DNA of 64,000 nt from contig JAYWIR010000027.1 of the NCBI GenBank assembly GCA_036172245.1, positions 2,604,001 to 2,668,000 on the forward strand, read 5' to 3'. Shown here piece after piece: positions 11,227 to 22,489 of the stretch. The stretch comes from Raillietiella orientalis (lineage: Eukaryota). Position 1 is the first letter of the stretch; the number at the start of each line of letters is the position of its first letter. The notes beneath the pieces are model-generated. The model was not told the origin of the DNA, did no database searches, and worked only from the letters and a program-made list of their open reading frames with translations. A program made the translations under genes and the position numbers.

Positions 11227-11700
11227 GCGGTCGCCTTTAGAAAGCAGAGTCGGCACTCAGAGTGTTGTTCCTAAACGACAAGTTCCTCCTGACGGAAAGG
11301 GCTGTCCTCTGGAACACGTTCGTAGCTTCCCTCCTCTGACTCCCCTCCCTCTGCCCTGATTTCTGTTTTACCCCGTCTGGAGATGTAAAACAGCGGACCA
11401 GGGTCCTTCTGCAAAGACCCTTCTGGGGAACGCAGAGGTCCCGGGTCCGCTTGAAGGACCCATGCGTCGGGACTCCGAGCCCGGCCTCCCGATGCACGGG
11501 AGAAGTTGGAGCTCCGTCCCAAATCCGGCACTCTGGGGTCTTAGCAGCCGAGCACCCACTGGTGCGTCCCGGCCGGACTCCCGGCTAAGCGAGCAGCCGG
11601 TGCCGAGAGACTCGTCACGTTCCTCGTGCGCGACTACTGAGGGTCGTTCCGAAGCGGGGGACGCAGGGGTGCCAACCGCGGCAGACAGTTGCCTCGGTCC
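11227..11700 (-). mobile_element. Inverted family A internal fragment (post-RT GGLG region)
   Basis: The minus strand encodes PVHREAGLGVPTH, equivalent to APRQDGGLGL in 8702-8983. Confidence 0.55.
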
Positions 11701-12740
11701 ATGAGGACAGATGGATTTTCTGCCGCCCCACCAACCGTAGTTGCTCCGGCATGACCGGGTGTCAACCAACCGCAGTTGCCCGGAAACAGGAAGCGATTCA
11801 GGCGCGGGCGAAAAGAAACGGAGCCATCGCGATGCCGGCTATCCACAAACTTCGCTCGCCGCTTGCTGCAGGAAATCTACGGCTTGCCCAAAGAGAGGTT
11901 GGAGCGGGAACACCCCTGGGCATGGAGACCCCACTTGGGGCATGCCCGACACGACGCAGCAAAGTGGGCATGGAGACAGCCTTGCGAGATGGGTAATATC
12001 CTGCGAGATAGCGAGAAAAGCAGCTGGGATTCTGGACCACGCGTCAACTGATACGCTTTTGCCCCCAGCCGCCCTACCCAGAGGGATCCTTCGCAGGACG
12101 GAGCTTCTTGAGATTTCCCTGGGGGCATCCGAAATTCTCCCAGTGTTCGTGGACAGCTCCACGCTTTCCCTGAAGTGACGCGACTCTGCATTCGCAGATC
12201 CCATGCAACGCACGAGCCCACTCCTGCACGAGGGAGTGGGTGGGTGGGTGGGGCCCCGGACTGGGGCTGGGTGCAGCGAATGGGAAACCTTCCCGTACCT
12301 GTTGCTGGATTGCGTCGCCCTCCCGAGTATCCGAGAACGCCCCGCTGCGCCTCCCCCCTCCCCCTTCCCGCTCCTGACAGAAGACGGCAGAAAGGTCGCG
12401 CGACTCGATGTCGCCCCCAGCCTCCCTGCTGTGAGATTGTGGCAGCGAGAAGCCACGCCGAAAGAGGCTGGTCACACGGTGACGTCACCGCAACCGTCTG
12501 CTCGTTCGTGAGGGAGGTGGCACGATGGCCACTTCTCCCTGCCAGCAGCAAGAGGAATTTGCCTGCATCCTCCAGAGGATGCTGAGGGAGCCAGGAAGGA
12601 ATCCTCGATCCCTTCCCTCCTCAGCACATTCTAAGACCCCCCCCCCCACCTTTCCTGTGCGCACCTCATCGAGCGGGCTGCTCACGAGAAGCAGCGCCTC
12701 GGGGGCATCTCCCTTCATGGTGGGAGGCCGCGAAACCGCT
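11701..12740 (+). mobile_element. Decayed family A ORF2 C-terminal region + start of 3' UTR
   Basis: GILRRTELLEISLG, CSEWETFPYLLLDCVALPS and QQEEFACILQRML align with the ORF at 56287-57174. Confidence 0.75.
11745..11764 (+). mobile_element. 20-nt insertion consisting only of the family A terminal hairpin
   Basis: TCCGGCATGACCGGGTGTCA is flanked by ACCAACCG(T/C)AGTTGC at 11730-11744 and 11765-11779. Confidence 0.8.
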
Positions 12741-12789
12741 TAGCAACCCATGACGCTTCCGCAAGGCGGTAGATGCAGCGTGCGACAAT

Positions 12790-13270
12790 AAGTGACGTGT
12801 GGGTGTCCACTCCAGCCAGCTGACCAGCAGGTGCTCCCATACTTCGCTTCCGGGGGCTGTTCTTCGGGACCGGAGGCGACCCTCTGCCCAGCTCCAGCGT
12901 TTCGGGACGCCGAGTCCGCCGTCCCGACGCGGAACGCACGAGTCCTTCCAGTGGACTCAGAACCCCCCAGGTGTGCCCCAAGAGGCCTACACTTTGATCT
13001 TAGCCAAAAGGCCGAGAAGCGAAGGCCTTTCGCCTCGGTCCCTTTGGTTACCCTACTTGGAGGACGGCAATCGAAAGGGAAGGGCAGGAGGAGGGGACCG
13101 CAAAAGGGCGCTCCACAGGACGGCCTGTTCCGGCAGGAGAAACGGGCCGAGCACACGTTGCCTCTCACTGCTGCACCTGCCGCCCTGAGGCAGCCGCATC
13201 GGTTGCCGCGCAACGTCAGCCACCTCTGTACGGTCCTCCCACCTGTTGCTAATGGCAATGTTTGGCGCCT
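12790..13270 (-). mobile_element. Inverted family A post-RT fragment
   Basis: Minus-strand KDSCVPRRDGGLGVP and AKYGSTCW match DICAPRQDGGLGL and AKLWSTPW. Confidence 0.65.
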
Positions 13271-13289
13271 CGCACACGTTGTCGCTTAT

Positions 13290-13545
13290 TGTTGACCCCA
13301 CCCCACTTTTCCTGTGCGGACCTCAACGGACGGGCTGCTTACGAGAGGCAGCGCCTCCGGATATCTCCCTTCATAGTAGAGGGCCGCGAAACCTCTACGA
13401 AGGAAGACACCTGCTTTCTTTTCTACATACAATAAGACGGTTTTTCGTTAATTATTGTACAAAAACTGCCACGTTATATTTACGAAAAAAAAATACACGG
13501 TTCATATATAAATAAATAAACGTGACCTCAGCTGATCGGGTGAAA
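13290..13545 (+). mobile_element. Family A 3' UTR and degenerate terminus
   Basis: 13297-13395 resembles 12640-12738. The segment ends in AATAAACGTGACCTCAGCTGATCGGGTGAAAA. Confidence 0.65.
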
Positions 13546-13659
13546 ATATCCCTACTTAACAACTCGTAGAAGCCCTCGAGCGCTGACACTGGGGTGGACA
13601 CGGGGAGCAGCAGCCGGTTGTCGGCCCCCAGAATCCGAGCCACTCCCTTCCCGAGACCC

Positions 13660-13828
13660 AATCGCATTTCCCCTTCCTTTGCCCTTCTTCCTCTTCATGG
13701 GACTCTCTGATTTCTTTGGCTGACTCCACCCCCCTTGCTAAAGAGGAAGAAAACTGCATATATATCTATATATATATATTCTTTTTCTTTTTTGGAGTGT
13801 ACATCGACTTCCCGGAGCATCCGGGCAC
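13660..13828 (+). mobile_element. Probable further family A 3' remnant
   Basis: Pyrimidine tract, AT-rich stretch and hairpin CCCGG-AGCAT-CCGGG at 13811-13825. Confidence 0.45.
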
Positions 13829-14229
13829 GAAAAGGCAGGATGCCATCCCTTCTCGGACCCTCTGTGCATTTGTTTCCATGATTTTCGTTCGTCCCTCCTT
13901 CTCACTTTGCTACCGAGGCAGCGGACCCCGGCGGTCTGCATGCCGGCACTCCTTGGCACACCCAGGTGGCTGCGGACGCGGTGGGAATCCCGCCGCCCGA
14001 CTCTTGTGTGTCTCTCATCCCCCCCCGCGCAACCGGGTGGTGGGTGCGTGCAATCCCGCTGTCTTTGCACCGGAGAAAGTCGAGAGGCGCAGCTGCCGCC
14101 ATCACAGAATCAAAGGATCGCAGAAAGCGAAACCGGAAATCCGGAGGCGATTCCTACTTTCGCGATGTCCTCATCGTTGAATCCGTCCTCATGTCCCCCA
14201 TCCCCAGCCCAGAACCGTTGCCTCCTTGG

Positions 14230-14895
14230 GAAAGGCTTATGAAGCTCTTTAACACCGCCTTCTATGAATCCCGGATGGACTCTGGAGGAAGGAATCCGTT
14301 CTTCTTGCTCATGGGAAGGAACTCCGAATGGGATCCTCCAACCTGGTTGTCTCCGAAGGGAACCCCGAAAGGAACCTCTTCCTTATTCTCTCCAGAGAAA
14401 CCCCCTGGATGAGGTCACTCCAAAGTGGATCCTGTCGAAGGGATCCGCTCCCTGTTTCCTCTCCCTCTGAAGGGACGCTTCATCATTCCTCCCAAGGGTC
14501 ACCGCTCCCCAAAGGGAGCAGCGCACTTCTTGACCCTCTAGAGGGGTGTATCAATCCACCAGCCCTATGGTACCCCTTGGAAGATCCCCCTCACTGTGGT
14601 AAAAGGAAAGGGGGACAGCTGTCTTTTCGCAACTGGAGGGGAACAGTCCCGAAGGGTTCTTTGGTGTCCTGGAAGGACCCCGGAGGGTCTAATTCCCAAT
14701 CCCAGTCACTCAACGGAGGCATCTAGCTCCCACCAGTGCTGCACCCGGAGCCAACCAAGGCCAACCAGCGTCATCTTGCGGGAGCGACTCGAATCCCTCG
14801 GCGTACCCCTCGTACTCGGCATCGGTTCTTCCCCGGGAGGGATTCGAACCCACGACGCCTAGTGTCACGTGCGAAGAGACCGCAGCTGAGCGGCC
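14230..14895 (-). mobile_element. Long tRNA-derived SINE (uninterrupted copy)
   Basis: B-box GGGTTCGAATCC on the minus strand at 14840-14851. The body is homologous to 2075-3195 and 29270-29520. Confidence 0.7.
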
Positions 14896-15080
14896 TTCAA
14901 AAGGAGTAAGGAAAGAAGAAGAAAAACGAAAAGTGAAGGCGACAAAGAAGATTTAATAACGGGCTAACCCTCAGCAAACGCACGGGCCCATTCCACGTAA
15001 TGAGTCCTACGCTACAGAACAGAACCACTCCTTTCACCTCCGAATGAGACGTCGTCTGCTTCGTGGAGGGACCATCTTGG

Positions 15081-16079
15081 TTGACACCCGGTCGCTCCAG
15101 GGCATTTATTTATAAAAAACAAACGTCTGTGACTGGACGTGTGATTCTGCCTCGCTACTTATAACTACGAGAAGGAACCTGCCGGGATCTGGCACGTAGA
15201 CCAGCAGGGTCGTCTCGGCAGCACAGGGGAAGGGGAGGCAAACAAACAGAAAAAAAAATAAAATAAAAAACATTCAGTCAAAACATTGGGAGGGTCCAAA
15301 AAGGGATCAACGAGTGCTGGAGAACTTCCTCTAGATCCTCGTAAGGATGCCGGCAAGTTCCTGTTTGAAGACTCCTAGATGGGATCATCCTGACGCTGTC
15401 CTCATGAAGGGGGCAGCAAAATAGATGCCGTCCCTGTCGTTCTGGCCTCCTCTGGAGTTGCTTCATGCAGCTACGGTCCCATCGCTTAGGCAGCAAAGTG
15501 CTGCTAGGCTTGAGTGTGTCGCGGAAGGAATAGGAAGCTCTTTCAAACGTCTCTGGGTTTGCCGCCGAGGTTCCAAGGGTCGCGGCAAAGCGTTCCCGAA
15601 AGGTCCGGAGAGAAACACACTCCATGAGCAGGTGTGGGAAGGACTCTCTCTGGCGGCAACTGCCGCAGTTTGGCCCACCTTCTTCCCCCGGGTCCAATGG
15701 TGTGAGCGGGCGTTGCACGGGAGACTCCAGTGCAGCAGCAGGATTGCCGACTCCTGCCACTTCATGGGGAGGGTGCCAGTGTTCCAACACGCTGGGGGTC
15801 ACTTTACCTCTTCCAGAGGCATTCGTAGCAGCTCTCCTCAGCGTAGCAGTCCTTTTGGAGGGACGATCGGGGTCGTGGCGTCCGCCAGATCCCGAGTTGT
15901 CCACGTACCCAAATGTTCTTTCGTGTTTTGTATTATGCATGCCACTTCCCACCTCGCTGAATGTTGAGTATCCAGTGCTCCCCTTAGGGAGAGCAGCACT
16001 GGGACAAGGGGGGTGAACGAAGCCCACAGCAGATTTCTAATGTTCCCCAGGATCTCCCTCAGCGGCTGCTGAGGAAGAT
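15081..16079 (-). mobile_element. 5'-truncated family A copy
   Basis: LREILGNIRNLLWA…WTTRDLADATTPIVPPKGLLR, PNCGSCRQRESFPHLLMEC. AATAAA + hairpin at 15085-15102. TSD CCATCTTGG at 15072-15080 and 16080-16088. Confidence 0.9.
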
Positions 16080-19000
16080 CCATCTTGGCGGGTGGCCACT
16101 CGGCCGTCCGAGCTCCTCCTCCACCCAGCCTAGAAACCTAAGCGCTCGCGCTCACCGAAGACTCAGCACCTGGCAGCTGGTGTGCGTGGGGAGTTGAGCG
16201 AATCCCAAGCGACGACACCCTCGAGCGCTCCCGAAATCCCCGAAAGTAAGATAGGGTGTGCGGAGAAGACTGACGGCTGGCGGAGGCACCGGGACTCCGG
16301 CGCGTAACGCGGGCGAGCCGTCGGTCCCGGATGACGCGGACAGCTCGTTCGAAGACGCGTCCGAAACAGCAGAGGCGAAACCGCGGTGGGGCAAGGCGGC
16401 GATGCGGCATTGGGGAAGGTCACACAAAAAAGTCCCATCTGCCTCCCCTAGGGCTTTGGGGGAAAAAAAGGGAAAAACCCTGAGTGGGATCCGATGCAGC
16501 ACAGCTCCAGACTCTTCAGAAGAGTCCCTCTGGAAACGGGGCGTCACCACCCGTCGTCGCCCACATTGCGCCGCGGCTGCCACTCGTAACCTTTCGTTGA
16601 TGAGGAGCCAAGGATTGTGCAACGGAGCCGATCATTACAAAAGTCTGCTGCTACTGCACTAATCAAAAAAAAAAAGATTCGCCAGCTGGCACACCTGTTC
16701 TCTCCTCTTTTTTTTTTTTTTTTGTACTCGCAGCCCGAGTTTTATTTCGTTTTTCGATACACAGGGCGTACCTTGCCGTATCCCATTTTAAAGTCTTTTC
16801 CCATCTTAATAAGGCCGACTCGGGAGAGAACGGTAAGCATGCATCTGAATGAATCTCCCTCAGCTCTTGTTTTCCAGCGATTTTTTTTTTCTTCCTCTTT
16901 TTTTGTTCACGATTCTATTCACTTCGGTTTCCAAACTTGCGTTCGGATTGGACCCTTCGATCTTCCTCAAGTTCCTGGGCGCTTAGGAAAATTGTAGGAG
17001 CGACTCGCAAACTTGGGGGGTCGGGAAACTTGCAGTTTCTGCTTCGCGCGGTATTTCCTCCTCTCTTTCCTTTTCCCGACCCGACGCCAAGTCGCCATCA
17101 TCTTGTTTACAACCATCTCCTCCGAGAATTTTGCATCTCTGAAAAGCTACCCGTAGAAGCCACGCGCAACAGCCCTCCAGCCTCCGCTGGTCTCCCAGGT
17201 CGCGCGGCGTTCGAAGACTCGCGTCCCCTCTCCTCCCCACCAACATCCATCCCTTCTTGGAAGACGAAAATGGAGACCCGCGGCGACAGCGACTGAACTC
17301 GTTCCGGTTTGAGAAGGGGGCTAAGGAAGGGCCCCTCAAATCGGTCTCTAAATGGAGAAGAATCCTCTAAATATAGAAGGAGCGCCTCACCTAGTAACGG
17401 CAGCAACAGGAATGCCGGCAGTGCGCGTGGGAGGCAACTGGGAAATGGGGAAATTGGCACGAATCGACGATGCCTGTGCAGATGCATTTCACCAATGGCG
17501 TCGTCAGCGAAGATCTTCGTCGCGATGGAAATCGGTTTTCAACAGTCTTCGATTCATCTCTTTGTGAATCCTTCCGCGAGACCGAGGACGAGTTGAACCT
17601 GGAAAAATGCTGCGACAAAGTTTCAACTACTCACGTCAGTGATCCGTATCGATAAGAAGAAAGAAAAAAAGATAAAGACAGTGATTGGTAACGATGGCAA
17701 CCCATTGTCTCCCAAAATTTCTTTTCCGTTTCACCTTTTGTTTGATGGAGGGCGGGGAGGGGAGGAAGGCGGGGAGGGGGAAGCTTTCTCGAACTGTTTT
17801 AGAGTTGCTTATTCAAAATTCTGGCCCTGCTTGTTGCGACAGATCCAAGTTTTGTTATGCATTATCAATTTTTATGCATGGTGGTTTCATGCCGTTGAGT
17901 TTACTTTCCACAGCTCACCTCCACATTTTAATTAGTCGAACACCTTGTGATTTTCCTCCAATGGACTCGGTTACGCGCGGATTAGAAAAAAAAAAAAAAA
18001 ACTTTTTTTTTTCTAAATAATAATGATGAATACTGGTGTCCTTCGACTAGTAGCTTGGATCCTGAGGGATTGATGACGCAAATCCCATTTGTGTACAGAA
18101 GTAGTGAGAATGGGCTCCTTCCCGCCGGGCGCTCCTGCAGCCGGGTTTGCCTCTTTCCTCCGCAATCAGGACAAGAAATCTGCGAAAAAGCACAGCTGTC
18201 ATGAAGACGCCTGCGGCTATCTTTTAAACTCCAGATGGACATGTGGCTAGATGAAAGTGAAGTGATTCGGTGATTTGTTAAACTTTTGCTGTTGCATTGG
18301 TCTCTGAATAGGTCGTGACTCCTGCACGCCGTCGCTGACATTCGGACTCGCTGAAGCCGGAATTCGGAAACCTGCTGCTGCTGCCGAGGAAAGCATATTC
18401 AGGACCAGATATGACAAATGCTCCACCGAAGAGTGAGAGGCAAACAAGATGAAGAAAAGCACCCATTTATAATGTCTTCTAATGGTTTAGGCCAAAGTCA
18501 GCCCTTTCTGAGCAAAAACAGCGTTTCGTTCCGCTTCGCGAGTAATTGGTATCGAAGAACACAGCAAGAGTGGTGCCATATAAACCGGTCATTATGTATG
18601 TGTATATAAACTACAGATCTCTTCAGATTGTTTTTTTTTTAAGAAAAAAAAAATCTGGATGATTTTCAGGAAAACTTCTGGGCGCATCCACGGCGGAGTG
18701 AAAATTTTTCGTGTGGGTGGCAATTTGCCTTTGGAAACTGCAAATAGCCTAGGTCAAAAAAAAAAAAAAAAACACCTTGGGAAAATTGCCGTTAGATAGA
18801 AATTTTCTTTACTGATGTCTCAGCATGGTGGTATTTCAGAAAAGAGGAGAGGAATAAATATGTTCGTCAGTTGTATTCTGCTCGAGCCTACTCCCCGTTG
18901 TGTCAACACTCGATGGTATGCTCCAAGATTTTGCATACGAGATGCATATTTTGAAAAGAACTCCTTGACATGGAGGTTCCCATTAGAGGAGGCCCATCAC

Positions 19001-19950
19001 ATGTAATCCAAAAGAAGCCGATCAGGAGGCGGATTCTCCAAATTCAGTTTATAGAGTGGCTTGAAGAGAGCCATGAAAATGTAGTCCGGATACGAATCTC
19101 GAAAAGTCCTTCATGCCGCAACTCATAGAAGACAAAAAAAAAACAAAAAAAACACTGAAATCATTACACTGCGATGAAGCTAATGTAAAGTTATGAGCCA
19201 GGAAAAAAGCCATTCGTGTCGGTAACCACATCCGATATTTCCTCAAAATACGCCACTTTCGTCATTGATAATCAAATCTACGCTCTGCTACCATCCGAAA
19301 GTAATTTTTTGCTCAACTTGTGCTTCGTGGGTTTCTTGGTTAACCCGAGTTATCAACCCTTAATCAACCCTTGCGGGCAAAATACCGGGAAACGACTGCT
19401 TGTACAACAAATGGAGCTAACTGTGCATCAACCAAAACATGCCTGAATGCGTGACCAACAGAAGCATTATTCAAAGTGCTAAATGACGTAAGAAAACTTA
19501 CTAAAGAACAGGCCGATATACATTATCCAACGTTAATCGATCTGGATTAAAAAAAAACAAAACAAAAAAAGTGGGACTGGAAGCAAAATTAAAAGAAGCC
19601 CAGATAAAACATCGTGGAAATGACTTCCCCGGGAGCGAGCATTTGGGATTGCGTGCAGCTCCATTCAAACATCTGCTCTAAGAACAACATTGGAAGACCT
19701 TATGCTGTCCAGCAGGAGTCATAATTGCTGAATTTTTGCACCAAGGGTGTCTCCAACTGTTCATTAATGGATCACTGTAAATAAATCAAATTAGACGTTT
19801 CTAATTAAATATTTCTTTTTAAAATGGAAACCCCTCTTGAACACAGTGAGCAAGGGAAACTACGGATTACAATGACATCTTGGAAAAAAGAATGGTGGGC
19901 GATCAGAAGGGACTTGGTGTACATGCCTCCTTGCATGCTTTGGGAATTAG

Positions 19951-21747
19951 TCACAATTCTGCATGGCTCCTTCGCTGTTTCGCGGCAAGCCATGCTGGAT
20001 GTTGGCGTACCATCTGGGCTGCCTGAGCCACCAGTAGAATAAACTCATTCACATCAAATCTGTAATTGGTAAACTTCTGATGTGCTCCTCCAGTGTCTGG
20101 ATGTTGTCCCTGGAACATACAACAAGTGAACAAAAATGGATACACTCAGATCCAGTCAAGGTTCACTTACTGCATCCTGTGGAAAGACTTTGCTCTCGTT
20201 GGTCCATGTGATGTAATTGAGACCTCTAAGCCTGGCAAGATCCTTGTAACAGTGTTGATCCCCACAATTGTACCTAAAGCAAGGTACCTTCTGGAAATGC
20301 AGTAACCACTCACAGTTCAAACACAGATGCCCAGTCAGGCAGGAACAGTAGGTGAGTTAAACCAGACCCATGCATGCCAATTAGAATGTCAGTATTGTGT
20401 GTCTGCTGCAACTGCTGAAGGAAAGGTACATCCCAGTGGTAAGCAGCCTACAAGATAGCTGGTCTTCATGCTCATGGAACCCATTATGCTTACTCTTTGC
20501 ACAAGATAATTGCCTGTTTTGTGCAGAGCTGTCAAGAGCTGGTCCTCATTGAGAATCCGTCGGTGCTTAGTGAGGCGAGAAACGAGGGTGACCCGAAGAT
20601 GCTCAGATGGTGCTTGGAATGGTACTTTCAGACGATGCAACAAAAAACGATTAAATGCATGGAACAGGCCGCTGTTCTGACAGCCTGGCACCAGAGGGGT
20701 ATTGTAATAGAGGCCAAAAATAGTCCGTGGGAGCACAGGGAGCACTAGATCTTTGAAACAAACTCGTTTACCCCGTACATGATCCAGTGTCAACAGGGGC
20801 TCCTTTGTAAAAGCAGAGAAGGCAGCACGAAAATTCGAGATATATGGATGATTGTCCCAAATCAAGATACGAGTCTGTAATTGGGGAGGATAAGAACCAT
20901 TGACATGAAGTGACACAAATAAGTTGAAGAAATCGCAGAAATGGTGATACATGCTGACCACTGCTGCCCATGATGGATAACTAGGTTCCAATCATTTACC
21001 TGCATCCAGTTTCATGATAAATGCTGGTTCTTCAATCACCCAATCACAGGTAAAATTTTTAAGAGACACAAAATTACGTAATTCTGAAGTCCATGACTGC
21101 AGAGCTCCAGGCCTATCAGCTTGCTCTAGCAATTCCTTGTTCACATCACATTGGCCACCCAGCTGTCCAGGATGCAGTACATCTGGTTTATAGCGCAGGC
21201 TCTGGGAAGGGTTAGGAAGCTGCCGAAAGTCAAACCACAGATTATGTCCATGGCAGAATTCCAGATGAGCAGAGCACTCCAGCCAAGATGTTTCTGTCTA
21301 CAAGAAGCTAAAGCAAATATCTAGGCTCCCTCACCCTATTGCCACACAGCATCCTAATGGAATGTTTTTTTGCCCTCACATAACCAAAATCTGCCTGTGC
21401 ATAAAATGTTTCCAACTGTTTTTCTTTGGTTGTGACCCAGCCCTGAGGATCCCCTAAGCACTGAGGGGATGAGTACCACTTCCAAGAAGGACAATCCGCT
21501 TCATATCCCCAGCAGATAGACCGATTCAAGTGCATCTGCCAAGGATGCCCCATCTGATCTCCCATTACAGAATGCTTACTTTGAATGGGCATGTATCAGA
21601 CATGGAACATTCTTGAGATGCACTGGGATTATGGTTGAAATACAAAGCCAGGTGCTCTGCTGGAAGATCAGGATCCCAGACAGCAAGACATACCCATGGC
21701 AAAACAAAGATCAACCTTAGAGAGCATATCACTGTATTCTGGCACAT
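19951..21747 (-). CDS. EOGT: EGF domain-specific O-linked N-acetylglucosamine transferase, about 509 aa; exons 21747-21580, 21535-21335, 21297-21000, 20960-20494, 20447-20314, 20273-20171, 20109-19951
   Basis: All introns are GT-AG and the frame is continuous (1530 nt). Signal peptide; motifs [87 protein letters not shown]-terminal ER-retention-like HAEL. Confidence 0.95.
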
Positions 21748-21748
21748 C

Positions 21749-22489
21749 TTAAAAAAGCAGAATGTGAGGTATGCTAATATGCGGAAGTCTTCCTTGTAAA
21801 TAAGGTATATGTTGAACTAAGTCAAACCAACGGACTAAGTAAGATAATTTCTGCCTGCAGATCACATCCAGACGGCACTAAAAGTAAAAGACCATAGTTT
21901 CTTGAGTCAAAAGCAAAATACTGATTCTAGAATTACAATGCATCTGAAATTTGGTATTCAAAGTCATTCCACATACCAAAAGAGGGTGGATATCAAAATA
22001 GAAAAGCAGGTCCACAATTGTCAGTTTGGTACCAAGAAAAAATGTCTGGTGTTTCAGTGCTTCATTCAATTCCTGAAAAATTCTTCGATAGTCTACACAG
22101 CAAAAACAGTAATGAAATCCAGAAAGAAGAGTTACCCCTAATTCCCATTACTTTGAGAATATCAGCATCATCTTTTTTGAAAGCTGAATTATGTAAAAAA
22201 CACATTCGGTACTCCAACCATTGTCTGGTTAGTGCCTGTTCTAAAGATGTGTTGCCCAACCATTGACTCTGCCCACAATCCAAGAGATATTGAGCAATAG
22301 AGGAAAACTTGGTCAAGTTAAGCAATTGGGGTGCAAGTTGCATTTTGGAAATTATCTCTTCTATCTACAAAGGGAAAAAGAATGACTCCAGAATATGAGA
22401 GAATTGAAATATGTGTATTCATGAGGAACGTTTATCTTTAGACAATAACTTACGATATTCAAATGAACAGTTTTTTTTTTTTTAATCAT
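21749..22489 (-). CDS. EEF1E1: Eukaryotic translation elongation factor 1 epsilon-1 / AIMP3 (p18), about 157 aa; exons 22489-22454, 22364-22152, 22072-21977, 21877-21749
   Basis: GST-C-like motifs LGNTSLEQALTRQWLEYR, LKELNEALKHQTFFLGTKLTIVDLLFY and YLVRWFDLVQH. Three phase-0 GT-AG introns. Exon 1 (MIKKKKTVHLNI) is less certain; an alternative start is the ATG at 22343. Confidence 0.85.

Noticed and set aside
12640..12740. Hammerhead-like ribozyme in the repeated 3' UTR segment (minus strand CTCGATGAG…GAAA)
   Set aside because: The core CUGANGA is not intact, the helices are inconsistent, and the second copy at 13300-13395 does not keep the motif.
17100..18480. Possible exons of an additional gene
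   Set aside because: No recognisable protein motifs and no consistent exon chain.
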